From an uncultured Candidatus Binatia bacterium (lineage in GTDB: Bacteria > Desulfobacterota > Binatia > UBA9968 > JAJDTQ01), in contig OZ241976.1 in assembly GCA_965204205.1 (NCBI GenBank), positions 1,838,858-1,902,857 on the forward strand: a DNA stretch of 64,000 nucleotides. Direction: 5' to 3'. This document shows, piece by piece, positions 1-8,928 of this stretch. The notes beneath the pieces are model-generated. The model made no database searches, had not been told where the DNA came from, and saw only the letters and a list, made by a program, of their open reading frames with translations. Position numbers and translations under genes: made by a program. Each line of letters opens with the position of its first letter. Positions within the stretch are counted from its first letter, which is position 1.

Positions 1-166
1 GATCGATGTAGATATCGATGTAGTGCTGGATGGTAAGCGCGCCCACCCCGAATAGGGGATCCCGCTGAAGCGAGCAGAATATGACGAGGAACAGCGGAAT
101 GATCACGAGCCATCCCACCGCCGCCAGAGTCAGCCAACCGAATACATCCCGTTCGCTCGCGCGCAT
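1..166 (-). CDS. ABC importer permease, N-terminal fragment (continues beyond window start)
   Basis: The minus-strand ATG at 164-166 opens MRASERDVFGWLTLAAVGWLVIIPLFLVIFCSLQRDPLFGVGALTIQHYIDIYID. That is one clear TM helix followed by a loop, as at the N-terminus of PotB/FbpB-type permeases. It is co-directional with the binding-protein gene at 1405-2427 and has high GC3. It is too short for the ORF track and has no clear SD, so the start is tentative. Confidence 0.4.
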   Translation of the reverse strand, partial: MRASERDVFGWLTLAAVGWLVIIPLFLVIFCSLQRDPLFGVGALTIQHYIDIYID

Positions 167-214
167 GTCGAACTCAGGAACGACGGGGGCGAGAACCCTC
201 CGGTCCCTGTCCGT

Positions 215-1342
215 CTATTGCAGATTGTAGAGCTTCGCGCTGTTGTCCCAAAAAATCTTGCGCTTCGCCGCCTCGCGGAGACCGTCGATCTTGAGAAAGC
301 TGGCTACGGCTTCAGGCCATCGCGAGTCGGCGTGCGGGTAGTCCGTGGAGATCACGATATTGTCGTCTCCAATCCTCTCGACCACGTCCGCCACGAGATC
401 CTCTTCCACGTCCGTGGCCACCACACACTGGCGCATGAAGTATTCGCTGGGATTCAGCGACAACGGCTCGTCACAGAGATGCTGCCGCAACTCCCAGCGC
501 TCGTCCAGGCGATACAGCACCCACGGGAGCCAACTGCAGTTGCCCTCCAGGAACGCCACCTTGAGGCGCGGAAACCGCTCCAGCACCCCGCCGCCGCAAA
601 AGGCTCCCACGGCAAGCATGAGCTCGATGGGGTTCCGGTACGAATTGACCAGAAGCCCCTCGTTGGGAAGCCCGTTGAACCGCTGCGCCACCTGGTCCAT
701 CCGCGGGGAAGCCGCGGGATGGAAGCAGATGGGGACGTTCAGGCGCTCCGCCTCGCGCCACAAGGGGTCGAAGTAGCGCTCGTGAATGTGCCGGCCGTTG
801 GCCGGCTCGGGCACCAGGCATAGTCCGACGGCCCCCAGCTCGGTCACCGCACGGCGCGTCTCGTCCACCGCCATGTCCAAGTCGTGGAGCGTGATCAGCG
901 CCGATGCCTTGAGCCTTTCGGGGTTCCCCGCGCAGAACCCGGCGCACCAGTCGTTCCAGGCGCGGCACAGGGCGTTGGCGAACTCCGGCTCCAGGGTGTC
1001 GTCGCAGTGCAGCGGAAAGGTGCGGAACAACACCGCCACGTCCAGACCCTCCTCGTCCATGGCCTCCACCTGGGAGACCGCGTCGTAGTTCCGGGCCAGA
1101 GGCCTGGCGTAACGATGCGCCACCATCTCCTCGCCCGGGGTCACGTTCGGCCGCGATGTGAGCCCGGACAACCGCACCGGGGTGCCGTCGCCGTAGTTGA
1201 ACCTGATCTGCCCGTGGCGCGTTCTCGGCTCGCCCCGGGGGATCCGGTCGCCCCACCTGGAATCCATGTGCCTGAGATAGAGATCATGCGGCTCGAAGAC
1301 GTGCATGTCGCTATCGAAGATCTTGAAACCGTCCCGTGCCAT
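215..1342 (-). CDS. Amidohydro_2-family metal-dependent hydrolase/decarboxylase (paralogue A1)
   Basis: 375-aa ORF with the motifs KIFDSDMHVFEP, FLEGNCSWLPW and ISTDYPHADS, which are shared by all 11 paralogues here and typical of the ACMSD/LigI/LigW-type fold. AAGGAG lies about 9 nt upstream of the ATG. Confidence 0.85.
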   Translation of the reverse strand: MARDGFKIFDSDMHVFEPHDLYLRHMDSRWGDRIPRGEPRTRHGQIRFNYGDGTPVRLSGLTSRPNVTPGEEMVAHRYARPLARNYDAVSQVEAMDEEGLDVAVLFRTFPLHCDDTLEPEFANALCRAWNDWCAGFCAGNPERLKASALITLHDLDMAVDETRRAVTELGAVGLCLVPEPANGRHIHERYFDPLWREAERLNVPICFHPAASPRMDQVAQRFNGLPNEGLLVNSYRNPIELMLAVGAFCGGGVLERFPRLKVAFLEGNCSWLPWVLYRLDERWELRQHLCDEPLSLNPSEYFMRQCVVATDVEEDLVADVVERIGDDNIVISTDYPHADSRWPEAVASFLKIDGLREAAKRKIFWDNSAKLYNLQ

Positions 1343-1404
1343 CCCTCAAGACTCCTTTCGGGCTCGCGGCGCGCTTCCGCGAGCCTGTCGCGACCGGCGA
1401 CCGC

Positions 1405-2427
1405 TCAGTGCCCCGCCAGGATCTTCCGGACCGCCCCGCGCCACTTCTTGAGCTCCGGGACATCCTTGAGCGTCGGCGCGGTCCAGACGAGTTGGACGCC
1501 GGCGCCATGCAACATGCGAGCGAGTTCCGTCCCGGACTTGGGGCCGAACTGGGTGCGGAAGGACGCCTTTTCCATGAGCTGCGCGGCCTCGGGCGTGCCC
1601 AGATAACCCGCCAGCAGCATGGCCGCGTGGGGATGACGGACCTTCTTTACCGCGAACGCCCAGAACCGCGTCACCGAGATGGGCGAGAGCCAAACGAAAT
1701 CCACCGGCGCCTTGTCCTTGATCTTGGCGCGAAGCACACGGTCGAGCTGAATCACCGCCAGCGGCGCCTGTCCCGCCACCAGGGCCTCGAGGGTCTGGGG
1801 TCCCCCCCGGGGCAGGATGATGGGGTTCTGCGCCTTGAACTTGCGGGCGTAGTCCAGGACCTTTTCCATTCCCCACACCGACGTCAGGTCTCCGAACGGG
1901 TACCCTCTCCCCACCGCAATGATCTTCCGGCCCTTCCACTTCGGATCCAGCAGTCCTTCCCAGTTCTTCGGCACCTGGTCCTTGGAGACCAGCTTGGTGT
2001 TGAACCCGAGCGCATAGGACAAGTCGAACCACGGCGGGAACCGTTGGCCGAATCGGACTTCCTCCTTGGCGATGCCGAATTCGTGGTAGGGGAAGCTCGA
2101 CACCAGGTCGGCGGCCAGCACCCGCTCTCCCGTTGCGCTCGTGGCCTGTGCCACCTCGTAGGTGGACATGCCCACACGTGTCTCGACCAGGATCTTGGTC
2201 GTGGCGTCGGCTCCCGTCGATGGAATGTGGTTGACCCTGATGCCCGGGAAGCGTTTGTTGAAGCCCTCGATCTGGGCCTTGAGTGCCACCGGAGGCGACC
2301 CCGCCGCAAGCACCACCTCGCCCTCCTCCTTGGCCTTCTCGTAGAGAGCCTTGAGGTTGTCCTGCGCAAAAGCCCCGTTTACGCCCGTGAGTACACCGAA
2401 GACGATGAGCGCCATGATCCAATACAT
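1405..2427 (-). CDS. ABC transporter periplasmic substrate-binding protein (family 1, Fe3+/polyamine-like)
   Basis: The ORF 1405-2484 is trimmed to the internal ATG at 2427, which is preceded by GGAGGG. It then starts MYWIMALIVFGVLTGVNGAFA, a Sec signal peptide. The mature part has the alternating pattern of type-2 periplasmic binding proteins. Confidence 0.75.
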   Translation of the reverse strand: MYWIMALIVFGVLTGVNGAFAQDNLKALYEKAKEEGEVVLAAGSPPVALKAQIEGFNKRFPGIRVNHIPSTGADATTKILVETRVGMSTYEVAQATSATGERVLAADLVSSFPYHEFGIAKEEVRFGQRFPPWFDLSYALGFNTKLVSKDQVPKNWEGLLDPKWKGRKIIAVGRGYPFGDLTSVWGMEKVLDYARKFKAQNPIILPRGGPQTLEALVAGQAPLAVIQLDRVLRAKIKDKAPVDFVWLSPISVTRFWAFAVKKVRHPHAAMLLAGYLGTPEAAQLMEKASFRTQFGPKSGTELARMLHGAGVQLVWTAPTLKDVPELKKWRGAVRKILAGH

Positions 2428-2540
2428 CTCGCCCTCCTTTCCTGGTTGGCCCGCTGGGCTGATCACGAACACTGGCCCGCGCATACCACACCACGAAAAA
2501 AGCGGTCAAGGGTTTCCTACGGGAACGGAACCGTTTGGTG

Positions 2541-3722
2541 CTAGATCGTCCCGGCTTCGGTCAGCTGCTCGATTCGTTCCTCGCTCAACCCCAATTCCTG
2601 GAGTATCTCCGCGGTGTGTTCCCCCAACTCCGGCGGTAGCGCGGACACCCGGAACGGCGTGTCGCTGAGATTCACACCGCTCCTGACCGTGTGGATCGTG
2701 CCGTGCTTCGGGTGTTCCAGCTCCATGATCCGGTCGAGGTGCTTGACCTGGACATCCTCGAATACCTCGTCGAGGCGATTGATAGGGGCGTGGGCCACAT
2801 CGTGCTTGCCGAGCGCGTCCAGCCAATGCTGCCGGGGCCTGGTCTGGACGATCTCCTGCAGAAGGGCCTTCAGCTCGTCGTAGTTCACCAGTCGATCCTC
2901 GCGGTCCCGGAAACGGGGATCGTCCGCCAACTCCGGGTGTCCCAGGGCCTCGGCCATGCTCACGAAGAACTTGTTCAGGTGCGACAGGTGGATGACGAAC
3001 GGCAGGCCGTCGCCGGCCAGAAGCGCGTAGACGCCGGCCGAACGGCCCCGGCTCTCCACGTTGGGAACATCCCCGGTGGCGAAATACTGGATAATACTGC
3101 GGCCGATAAACGCCATGGAGGCTTCCATGAGGGAGGTCTCCACCTTCTGGCCCCTGCCCGTCTTCTCCCGCGCCATCAGCGCGATGAGGATGCCGTAGCA
3201 GGCGAACAACCCGCCGAGGTGGTCCGAGAAGGCCAGGCCCGGGGGCTGCGGCGCCCTGGGATCGATGATCTGGCTCAGGAGGCCGCTGAGGCATTGTCCG
3301 AGGGTATCGAATCCCGGTCTCTCGCGATACGGGCCGGTCTGGCCGAAAGCCGAAATGCCGCAGTAGACGAGGCGCGGGTTCAGGTCCCTGAGCCGGTCGT
3401 AACCCAGCTCCAAGCGGTCCATGACCCCCGGCCTGTAGTTCTCGATGATGACATCGGCCTCCCCCGCCATCTTGAGGAAGATATCCTTCCCGTCCGGATC
3501 CCGCAGATTCAGGGTCATGCTTCGCTTGTTGCGGTTGTAGCTGCGGAACAGCGGACTGTACATGCGCGGCTCCCGAGCCCACTTGCGAAAGGGGTCGCCG
3601 CCTCCCGTGTTCTCTATCTTCACCACCGCGGCTCCCATGTCCGCCAGCAACATCGCGGCGAACGGGCCGGCGATGTAGCTGCTGAGATCGAGTATTCTGA
3701 TGCCGTCGAGGGCCTGTGCCAT
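2541..3722 (-). CDS. Family III CoA-transferase (CaiB/BaiF-like)
   Basis: Trimmed to MAQALDGIRILDLSSYIAGPFAAMLLADMGAAVVKIE, the classical N-terminal signature of CoA_transf_3 proteins. GGAGGA lies upstream of the ATG at 3722. Confidence 0.85.
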   Translation of the reverse strand: MAQALDGIRILDLSSYIAGPFAAMLLADMGAAVVKIENTGGGDPFRKWAREPRMYSPLFRSYNRNKRSMTLNLRDPDGKDIFLKMAGEADVIIENYRPGVMDRLELGYDRLRDLNPRLVYCGISAFGQTGPYRERPGFDTLGQCLSGLLSQIIDPRAPQPPGLAFSDHLGGLFACYGILIALMAREKTGRGQKVETSLMEASMAFIGRSIIQYFATGDVPNVESRGRSAGVYALLAGDGLPFVIHLSHLNKFFVSMAEALGHPELADDPRFRDREDRLVNYDELKALLQEIVQTRPRQHWLDALGKHDVAHAPINRLDEVFEDVQVKHLDRIMELEHPKHGTIHTVRSGVNLSDTPFRVSALPPELGEHTAEILQELGLSEERIEQLTEAGTI

Positions 3723-3874
3723 GGATGCAATCCTCCTTCGCAGCCGAAGCCGCGGTTTGCCCGGTACTGCTCCCATATATAGGAGCCCTGCGTCGGAGTA
3801 GTCAAAGGCACCTTGACTCACGGAACCGCCAAGGGTATTCGGGTTGAGCAGGAAAGCACCGAAAGGAGACCTCG

Positions 3875-5014
3875 ATGAAGAACGGACTCAAGATCATCGA
3901 CTCCGACATGCACATCATGGAACCGCCGGACCTCTGGGAGAAATACGTCGACGCGCCCTTCAAGCAGCATGCGCCTCGGGTCGTCAACGTCCCCAGCCGC
4001 GGCGATTTCAGCCTGCTGCTGGTGGACGGCAAGGAACCGCGGGCCAAGAGCCCGTCGCTGGCCAATGACGCGCGCATGATCGGTATGCGGCGCGGATCCA
4101 CCACGCGCGACGACGTGATCGGCTTCGCCCGCGACCAGGGCTTCAACGCCAAGTCCCAGCTTGAGGCCATGGACATCGAGGGCCTGGACGTGGCGGTGCT
4201 TTTCCCCACCGCCTGTCTCCACATCATGACCGTGCCCGACATGGACCCGCTCCTGGCCGAGGCCATCTGCCGCGCCTACAACAACTGGCTTTACGACTTC
4301 TGCCAGGAGGATCCGGCGCGGCTGAAGGGTGCGGCCATGCTGCCGCCCCACGACGTCTCGCTGGCGGTTCGGGAGGCCCGCCGCGCGGCCAACGACCTGG
4401 GCTTCGTCACGGCCTTCCTGCGGGCCACCCCGCTCCCCGACGACACCTGGTTCGGCCTTTACTGGGAGCCCCTGTGGACCGAGTTGCAGGAGTTGGGAAT
4501 GCCGGTGGGATTCCACGAGTGCACCAACTCCGGCTACTATCCGCACATCGAGCGCTTCGGACAGAACAACCGCCTGATGCGCCACATCTGCAGCCACGTC
4601 ACCGGCCAGATGGTGACCATGGTGGACATCATCGTCGGCGGCGTGCTCGAACGCTTTCCCGAGCTCAAGGTGGCGTTTCTCGAATGCAACTGCGGCTGGG
4701 CGCCCTCCTGGCTGAGCCGCATGGACACCCACTGGGAGCAGTTGGGCGGCCACGACGCTCCACAACTCACCATGAAGCCCAGTGAGTACTTTATGCGCCA
4801 GTGCGTGGTCGGCTGTGAGGGCGAGGAGCGGGAGGTGGGCTCGGTGATCCAGTTGATGGGCGACGACAACATCGTCTTCTCCACCGACTACCCCCACAGC
4901 GACTCCGAGTTCCCCCACGCGGTGGATGCCTTCATGCAGCAGGAGCTTCCGGTGGAGCACGCCCGCAAGATCCTGTGGGACAACTGTGTGAAGTTCTACG
5001 GCATCGACGCGTAG
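3875..5014 (+). CDS. Amidohydro_2-family hydrolase/decarboxylase (A2)
   Basis: 379-aa ORF with KIIDSDMHIMEP, FLECNCGWAPSW and FSTDYPHSDS. A GAAAGGAG SD lies upstream of the ATG. Confidence 0.85.
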   Translation: MKNGLKIIDSDMHIMEPPDLWEKYVDAPFKQHAPRVVNVPSRGDFSLLLVDGKEPRAKSPSLANDARMIGMRRGSTTRDDVIGFARDQGFNAKSQLEAMDIEGLDVAVLFPTACLHIMTVPDMDPLLAEAICRAYNNWLYDFCQEDPARLKGAAMLPPHDVSLAVREARRAANDLGFVTAFLRATPLPDDTWFGLYWEPLWTELQELGMPVGFHECTNSGYYPHIERFGQNNRLMRHICSHVTGQMVTMVDIIVGGVLERFPELKVAFLECNCGWAPSWLSRMDTHWEQLGGHDAPQLTMKPSEYFMRQCVVGCEGEEREVGSVIQLMGDDNIVFSTDYPHSDSEFPHAVDAFMQQELPVEHARKILWDNCVKFYGIDA

Positions 5015-5044
5015 CGTCCCGCGACGCCGGGGACCGCAGGAGAC

Positions 5045-6223
5045 GTGAGGCGCTACGACGTGTCTGATACCGCGCTGCGATTCGGGGTTTTCCTGGCGCC
5101 CTTCCACGCACTGAACGAGAACCCGACGCTGCTGTTCGAGCGCGACCTGGAGCTGATGATGCTGCTGGACCGCCTCGGCTACGACGAGGCGTGGATCGGC
5201 GAGCACCACTCGGGCGGTTTCGAGACCATCCCGGCGCCGGAGATCTTCATCGCCGCCGCGGCCCGGGAGACCCGGCGCATCCGGCTCGGCACCGGAGTGA
5301 AATCCCTGCCCTACACCCATCCCTTCATGCTCGCCGACGCCATGGTCCAGCTCGACCACATGACCCGCGGGCGCGCCATCTTCGGCGTGGGGCCCGGCGC
5401 CCTGCCCTCCGACGCGGCGCAGATGGGCATCGATGCCCGCCGCACCCGGCGCATGATGAACGAGTCGCTGGACGTGATCATCCCGTTGCTGGAGGGCGAG
5501 CGCGTGAGCGCCGAGACCGACTGGTTCACCCTCGACAACGCCAGGCTGCAGCACGCCTCCTTCACCCGGCCGCGGATGGAGATGGCGGTGACCACCATCC
5601 GCTCGCCCGCCGGCGCCCTGCTGGCCGGGCGTTACGGGCTCGGGCTGTTGTCCCTGGGCGGCCATTCCGACGACGCACTGGCCGCCTACGCCAGGAACTG
5701 GGGCATCTACGAGGAGGCAGCCGCCGCCCACGGCCGCCAAGCCGACCGGCGCAACTTCCGCATCGCCGTGCAGATGCACCTCGCGGACACCCGCGAGCAG
5801 GCCCTGGAGGACATCCGGTTCGGCGTCGACGCCTGGGGCGGCTACGCCCGCGACGTGCTCCCCAACATGCCCGTGCCCAAGGGCGTCACCGACGTCCGCC
5901 AATTCATCGTCGACAACGAGCGCGCCATCGTCGGTACCCCCGCCGACGTCATCCAAAAGATCGAGCACATGCAAGCGGGCACCGGCGGCTTCGGCGTCGT
6001 GCTGTTCATGTGCCACGACTGGGCCGACTGGGAGGCCACCAACCGCAGCTACGAGCTGTTTGCGAGACACGTGATCCCGCACTTCCAGAGGCAGTTCGAC
6101 GGAAGAAGGGAAAGCTACGACGTTGCCGCCGCGCGGCAGCCGGAATTCCACGCAGCGGCGACGGAAGGTGTCGCCGCGGCCAAGGCCGAATACGACGACA
6201 AGCGGAAGCGGGAAGCAGGTTGA
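5045..6223 (+). CDS. LLM-class (luciferase-like) flavin-dependent monooxygenase/oxidoreductase
   Basis: GTG start with GGAG just upstream. The stretch LRFGVFLAPFH...LGYDEAWIGEHHSGGFETIPAPEIFIAAAA...RLGTGV is typical of the bacterial luciferase family. Confidence 0.8.
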   Translation: MRRYDVSDTALRFGVFLAPFHALNENPTLLFERDLELMMLLDRLGYDEAWIGEHHSGGFETIPAPEIFIAAAARETRRIRLGTGVKSLPYTHPFMLADAMVQLDHMTRGRAIFGVGPGALPSDAAQMGIDARRTRRMMNESLDVIIPLLEGERVSAETDWFTLDNARLQHASFTRPRMEMAVTTIRSPAGALLAGRYGLGLLSLGGHSDDALAAYARNWGIYEEAAAAHGRQADRRNFRIAVQMHLADTREQALEDIRFGVDAWGGYARDVLPNMPVPKGVTDVRQFIVDNERAIVGTPADVIQKIEHMQAGTGGFGVVLFMCHDWADWEATNRSYELFARHVIPHFQRQFDGRRESYDVAAARQPEFHAAATEGVAAAKAEYDDKRKREAG

Positions 6224-6251
6224 CAGACCCGTCAACGAAGGGGCCGGAGCC

Positions 6252-6623
6252 ATGATCAAGGGCATGCACGCGATGTTCTACTCCTCGGAGCCGGAGGCGC
6301 TGCGCGCCTTCCTGCGCGACAAGCTCGGCTTCACCTCCTTCAGCGACGTCGGCGGCGGCTGGCTCATCTTCGACCTCCCCGAAGCCGACATGGGCGTCCA
6401 TCCCGCGGACCCGACCCGCGCCGCCGGCGAGCCCCCCGGCACCCACGACATCTCCTTCTACTGCGAGGACATCCACGCCACCGTCGCCGAATTGAAGGGC
6501 CGCGGTGTGGTTTTCGACGGCGATGTGAGCGATGCCGGCTTCGGCCTCGCCATCCAGCTCGAGATGCCCGGCGGGGTGCGCGTGCAGCTCTACCAGCCCC
6601 ACTACCGAAAGACATCCGACTGA
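6252..6623 (+). CDS. VOC/glyoxalase-bleomycin resistance family protein
   Basis: The ORF 6123-6623 is trimmed to MIKGMHAMFYSSEPEALRAFLRDKLGF. The 123-aa size and beta-alpha-beta-beta-beta pattern are typical of small VOC proteins. Confidence 0.7.
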   Translation: MIKGMHAMFYSSEPEALRAFLRDKLGFTSFSDVGGGWLIFDLPEADMGVHPADPTRAAGEPPGTHDISFYCEDIHATVAELKGRGVVFDGDVSDAGFGLAIQLEMPGGVRVQLYQPHYRKTSD

Positions 6624-6801
6624 AGCGCCTCTGACCACCCCCCTCCACGAACCTCACCGTCGTCAACAGCACCCGCGGCCAGCCAGGTAACGCTGACCAT
6701 GGCCCGCATTTTGCACTTGCCTTAGATTGCACCTCGCATGGAACCATAGAGACTGGGCGGTCAGCGAGACTTGACAACATTCCAGTAAAGGAATATGCCA
6801 G

Positions 6802-7164
6802 ATGAACTGGCGTATCGAGTACACGAATGAGTTCGGTGAATGGTGGAATCGCCTGGCGGAGGTTCAGCAAGACGACGCTGCCGCGATGGTTGAGTTGCTG
6901 GCGGAACACGGACCAGGACTGCCGTTCCCTTATTCCTCCGGCGTGACAGGTTCTCGCCACGGACGAATGCGTGAGCTTCGCATCCAGAGCGCCGGCGATC
7001 CCATCCGCATCTTCTATGCTTTCGACCCGAGACGCTCCGTGATCCTGTTAATCGGCGGCAACAAGGCGGGAGACGACCGGTTCTACAGACGGTATGTGCC
7101 CATCGCCGACGAACTGTACGACGAGTACCTGGAAGAGCTGAGAAGGGAAAGGTTGATCAAATGA
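6802..7164 (+). CDS. Type II toxin, Gp49/HigB-like (RelE/ParE superfamily) addiction-module killer
   Basis: 120 aa. The stretches EFGEWW, RELRIQSAGDPIRIFYAFDPRRSVILLIGGNKAGDDRFY match the phage Gp49-like/HigB pattern. The toxin-first gene order and the 4-nt ATGA overlap with the downstream HTH gene support the call. The gene is visibly AT-richer than its flanks. Confidence 0.75.
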   Translation: MNWRIEYTNEFGEWWNRLAEVQQDDAAAMVELLAEHGPGLPFPYSSGVTGSRHGRMRELRIQSAGDPIRIFYAFDPRRSVILLIGGNKAGDDRFYRRYVPIADELYDEYLEELRRERLIK

Positions 7165-7658
7165 GTGGACGCAACACCTTCGGTGACCTCACGAAGGGCT
7201 TTTCGCCGGAACGCCGTGCGCGTGTGGATACCAGAAAGGCAGAGCTTCGCGCGGCCATGCCACTTCACGAACTCCGACAGGCGCGGACGCTGACCCAGAA
7301 GGCCCTAGGCGAGGCGCTGAACGTAAACCAGCCCGCAGTCGCCAAGCTGGAGCGAAGGACGGATATGTATGTTTCGAAACTCCGTGGCTACATCGAAGCG
7401 ATGGGGGGGGAACTGAGTATCGTCGCCCGGTTTCCGCAGGGCGACGTCACGATCACGAATTTCGTGGAAGAGGCCGACAAACCTGGGATTGTAACGCATC
7501 CCTCCACGGTAGGAGAGCCTATGGAGGCCGATTCTAGAGTACTAACCGCGGAGCAGAGAACCGAGGTCGAAGCGCTCGCGGACCTTCCTGACGAAAACAT
7601 TGATACAACAGACATACATGAGATTCTTGACTGGTCCGGAGCAAAGCGCCGTCTTTGA
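7161..7658 (+). CDS. XRE-family HTH antitoxin (HigA-like) with C-terminal extension
   Basis: LHELRQARTLTQKALGEALNVNQPAVAKLERR is a Cro/C1 HTH and the gene is translationally coupled to the toxin. An extra tail of about 65 aa ends in DENIDTTDIHEILDWSGAKRRL. Confidence 0.75.
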   Translation: MSGRNTFGDLTKGFSPERRARVDTRKAELRAAMPLHELRQARTLTQKALGEALNVNQPAVAKLERRTDMYVSKLRGYIEAMGGELSIVARFPQGDVTITNFVEEADKPGIVTHPSTVGEPMEADSRVLTAEQRTEVEALADLPDENIDTTDIHEILDWSGAKRRL

Positions 7659-7778
7659 CTCACTTCCCTTTCTTGTCTTGACGTCAGAGGACGGTCAACC
7701 GTGCCTCGAAAATCGATGGCCAGGATCATTGTGTGATCCCTTCTAAACGGAAAGGTCGAAAGGGTCAGGCTTCTTCCC

Positions 7779-8885
7779 TCACAGGTCGTAGAGCCGCGCG
7801 CAATTGTCCCAGAGGATCTTCCGTTTCGTCTCCCGGGAGACCCCGTCGACCTCCAGGAACTCCTCCACGGCGTGGGGGAAGTCCGAGTCGCCGTGGGGGT
7901 AGTCCGTCGAATAGACGATGTTGTCGTCGCCGATGAGCTCGGCGATCATGGGGAGTTCCTTCTCGGACTCGGTGGAGATCCAGCACTGGCGCTTGAAGAA
8001 CTCGCTGGGCTTGAGCTCGGAGATGTTGGGGTGGCGGGCCTTGGACACGGCGCCGTCCATGCGGTGGAGCATGAAGGAGACCCAGCCGCAGTAGCATTCG
8101 AGGAAGGCGACCTTGAGCCTGGGGTGGCGCTCCAGGACGCCGCCGCCGATGATGTCGATCATGGCCATCATGTTGGACATGGGGTGCTCGCAGATGTGCC
8201 GCAGCAGGAGATCGTCGCCGAACACGTCGCCCATCTGCCGGACCTCGCCGGCCGAGGCCGCCGAATGGAAGCCGATGGGGATGCCCAGCTCCTCCAGGGT
8301 GGACCACAGGACGTCGTAATAGCGGGAATGCCACGGCAGGGACCGGAGCGGCTCGGGCCGGGCGAACACGGACACGAAACCCAGTTCCTCCACCGCCCGG
8401 CGGGCCTCCTTGGCGGCCTCGGTTACATCGTGGAGCGAAATCATGGCCGAGCCTTTCATCCGCTCGGGGTCGGTCTGGCAGAAGTCGTGGAGCCAGTTGT
8501 TGTAGGCCCGGGCCACGGCGGCGCCGAGCTTCGGGTCCATCTCGTCGCGCATCATCACGCCCAAGCCTATGGACGGATACATGATCGCCACGTCCAGCCC
8601 CTCTTTTTCCATGGCGCCGAGCTGTGAGACGCCGTCGAAACCGCGGGCGCGGGCGTCGGCTATTTCCGCGTCGATGCGCCTGGCATCGAAGATGCCGCCC
8701 CGGTAGGCGGGCGGGTAGCCCTTGAGGATCGTGCCGTCGAGCATGACCATGGCCGAGCTGCGGGTGGTGGTGCTGAGGATCCTGGGGCCCCGGTCGCGCC
8801 ACTCGGGCTCCATGTACTTCTCCCATAGATCCGCGGGCTCGCGCACGTGCATGTCCGAGTCCATGACTTTCAGTCCGTCCTTCAT
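7779..8885 (-). CDS. Amidohydro_2-family hydrolase/decarboxylase (A3)
   Basis: 368 aa with KVMDSDMHVREP, FLECYCGWVSF and YSTDYPHGDS. It is closest to A2. Confidence 0.85.
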   Translation of the reverse strand: MKDGLKVMDSDMHVREPADLWEKYMEPEWRDRGPRILSTTTRSSAMVMLDGTILKGYPPAYRGGIFDARRIDAEIADARARGFDGVSQLGAMEKEGLDVAIMYPSIGLGVMMRDEMDPKLGAAVARAYNNWLHDFCQTDPERMKGSAMISLHDVTEAAKEARRAVEELGFVSVFARPEPLRSLPWHSRYYDVLWSTLEELGIPIGFHSAASAGEVRQMGDVFGDDLLLRHICEHPMSNMMAMIDIIGGGVLERHPRLKVAFLECYCGWVSFMLHRMDGAVSKARHPNISELKPSEFFKRQCWISTESEKELPMIAELIGDDNIVYSTDYPHGDSDFPHAVEEFLEVDGVSRETKRKILWDNCARLYDL

Positions 8886-8928
8886 GAGTGTTCTTCTCCC
8901 CTGCTCAAGTCGGTTGTCGCGATTCGAC

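Noticed and set aside
3818-6265. An 815-aa minus-strand ORF spans the region opposite amidohydrolase A2 and the LLM monooxygenase.
   Set aside because: Its composition is low-complexity and rich in Gly/Ala/Val/Arg/His, and it has no recognisable motifs. It lies exactly antisense to two well-supported genes that have SD sites. Long antisense ORFs are expected in DNA this GC-rich because stop codons are rare.
6771-6799. TTGACA-17-TATGCC lies just upstream of the toxin gene and could have been its promoter.
   Set aside because: The putative -10 ends 3 nt before the ATG at 6802. Transcription would therefore start inside the coding sequence and downstream of the AAGGA SD-like motif. The geometry is inconsistent, and the -10 match is poor.
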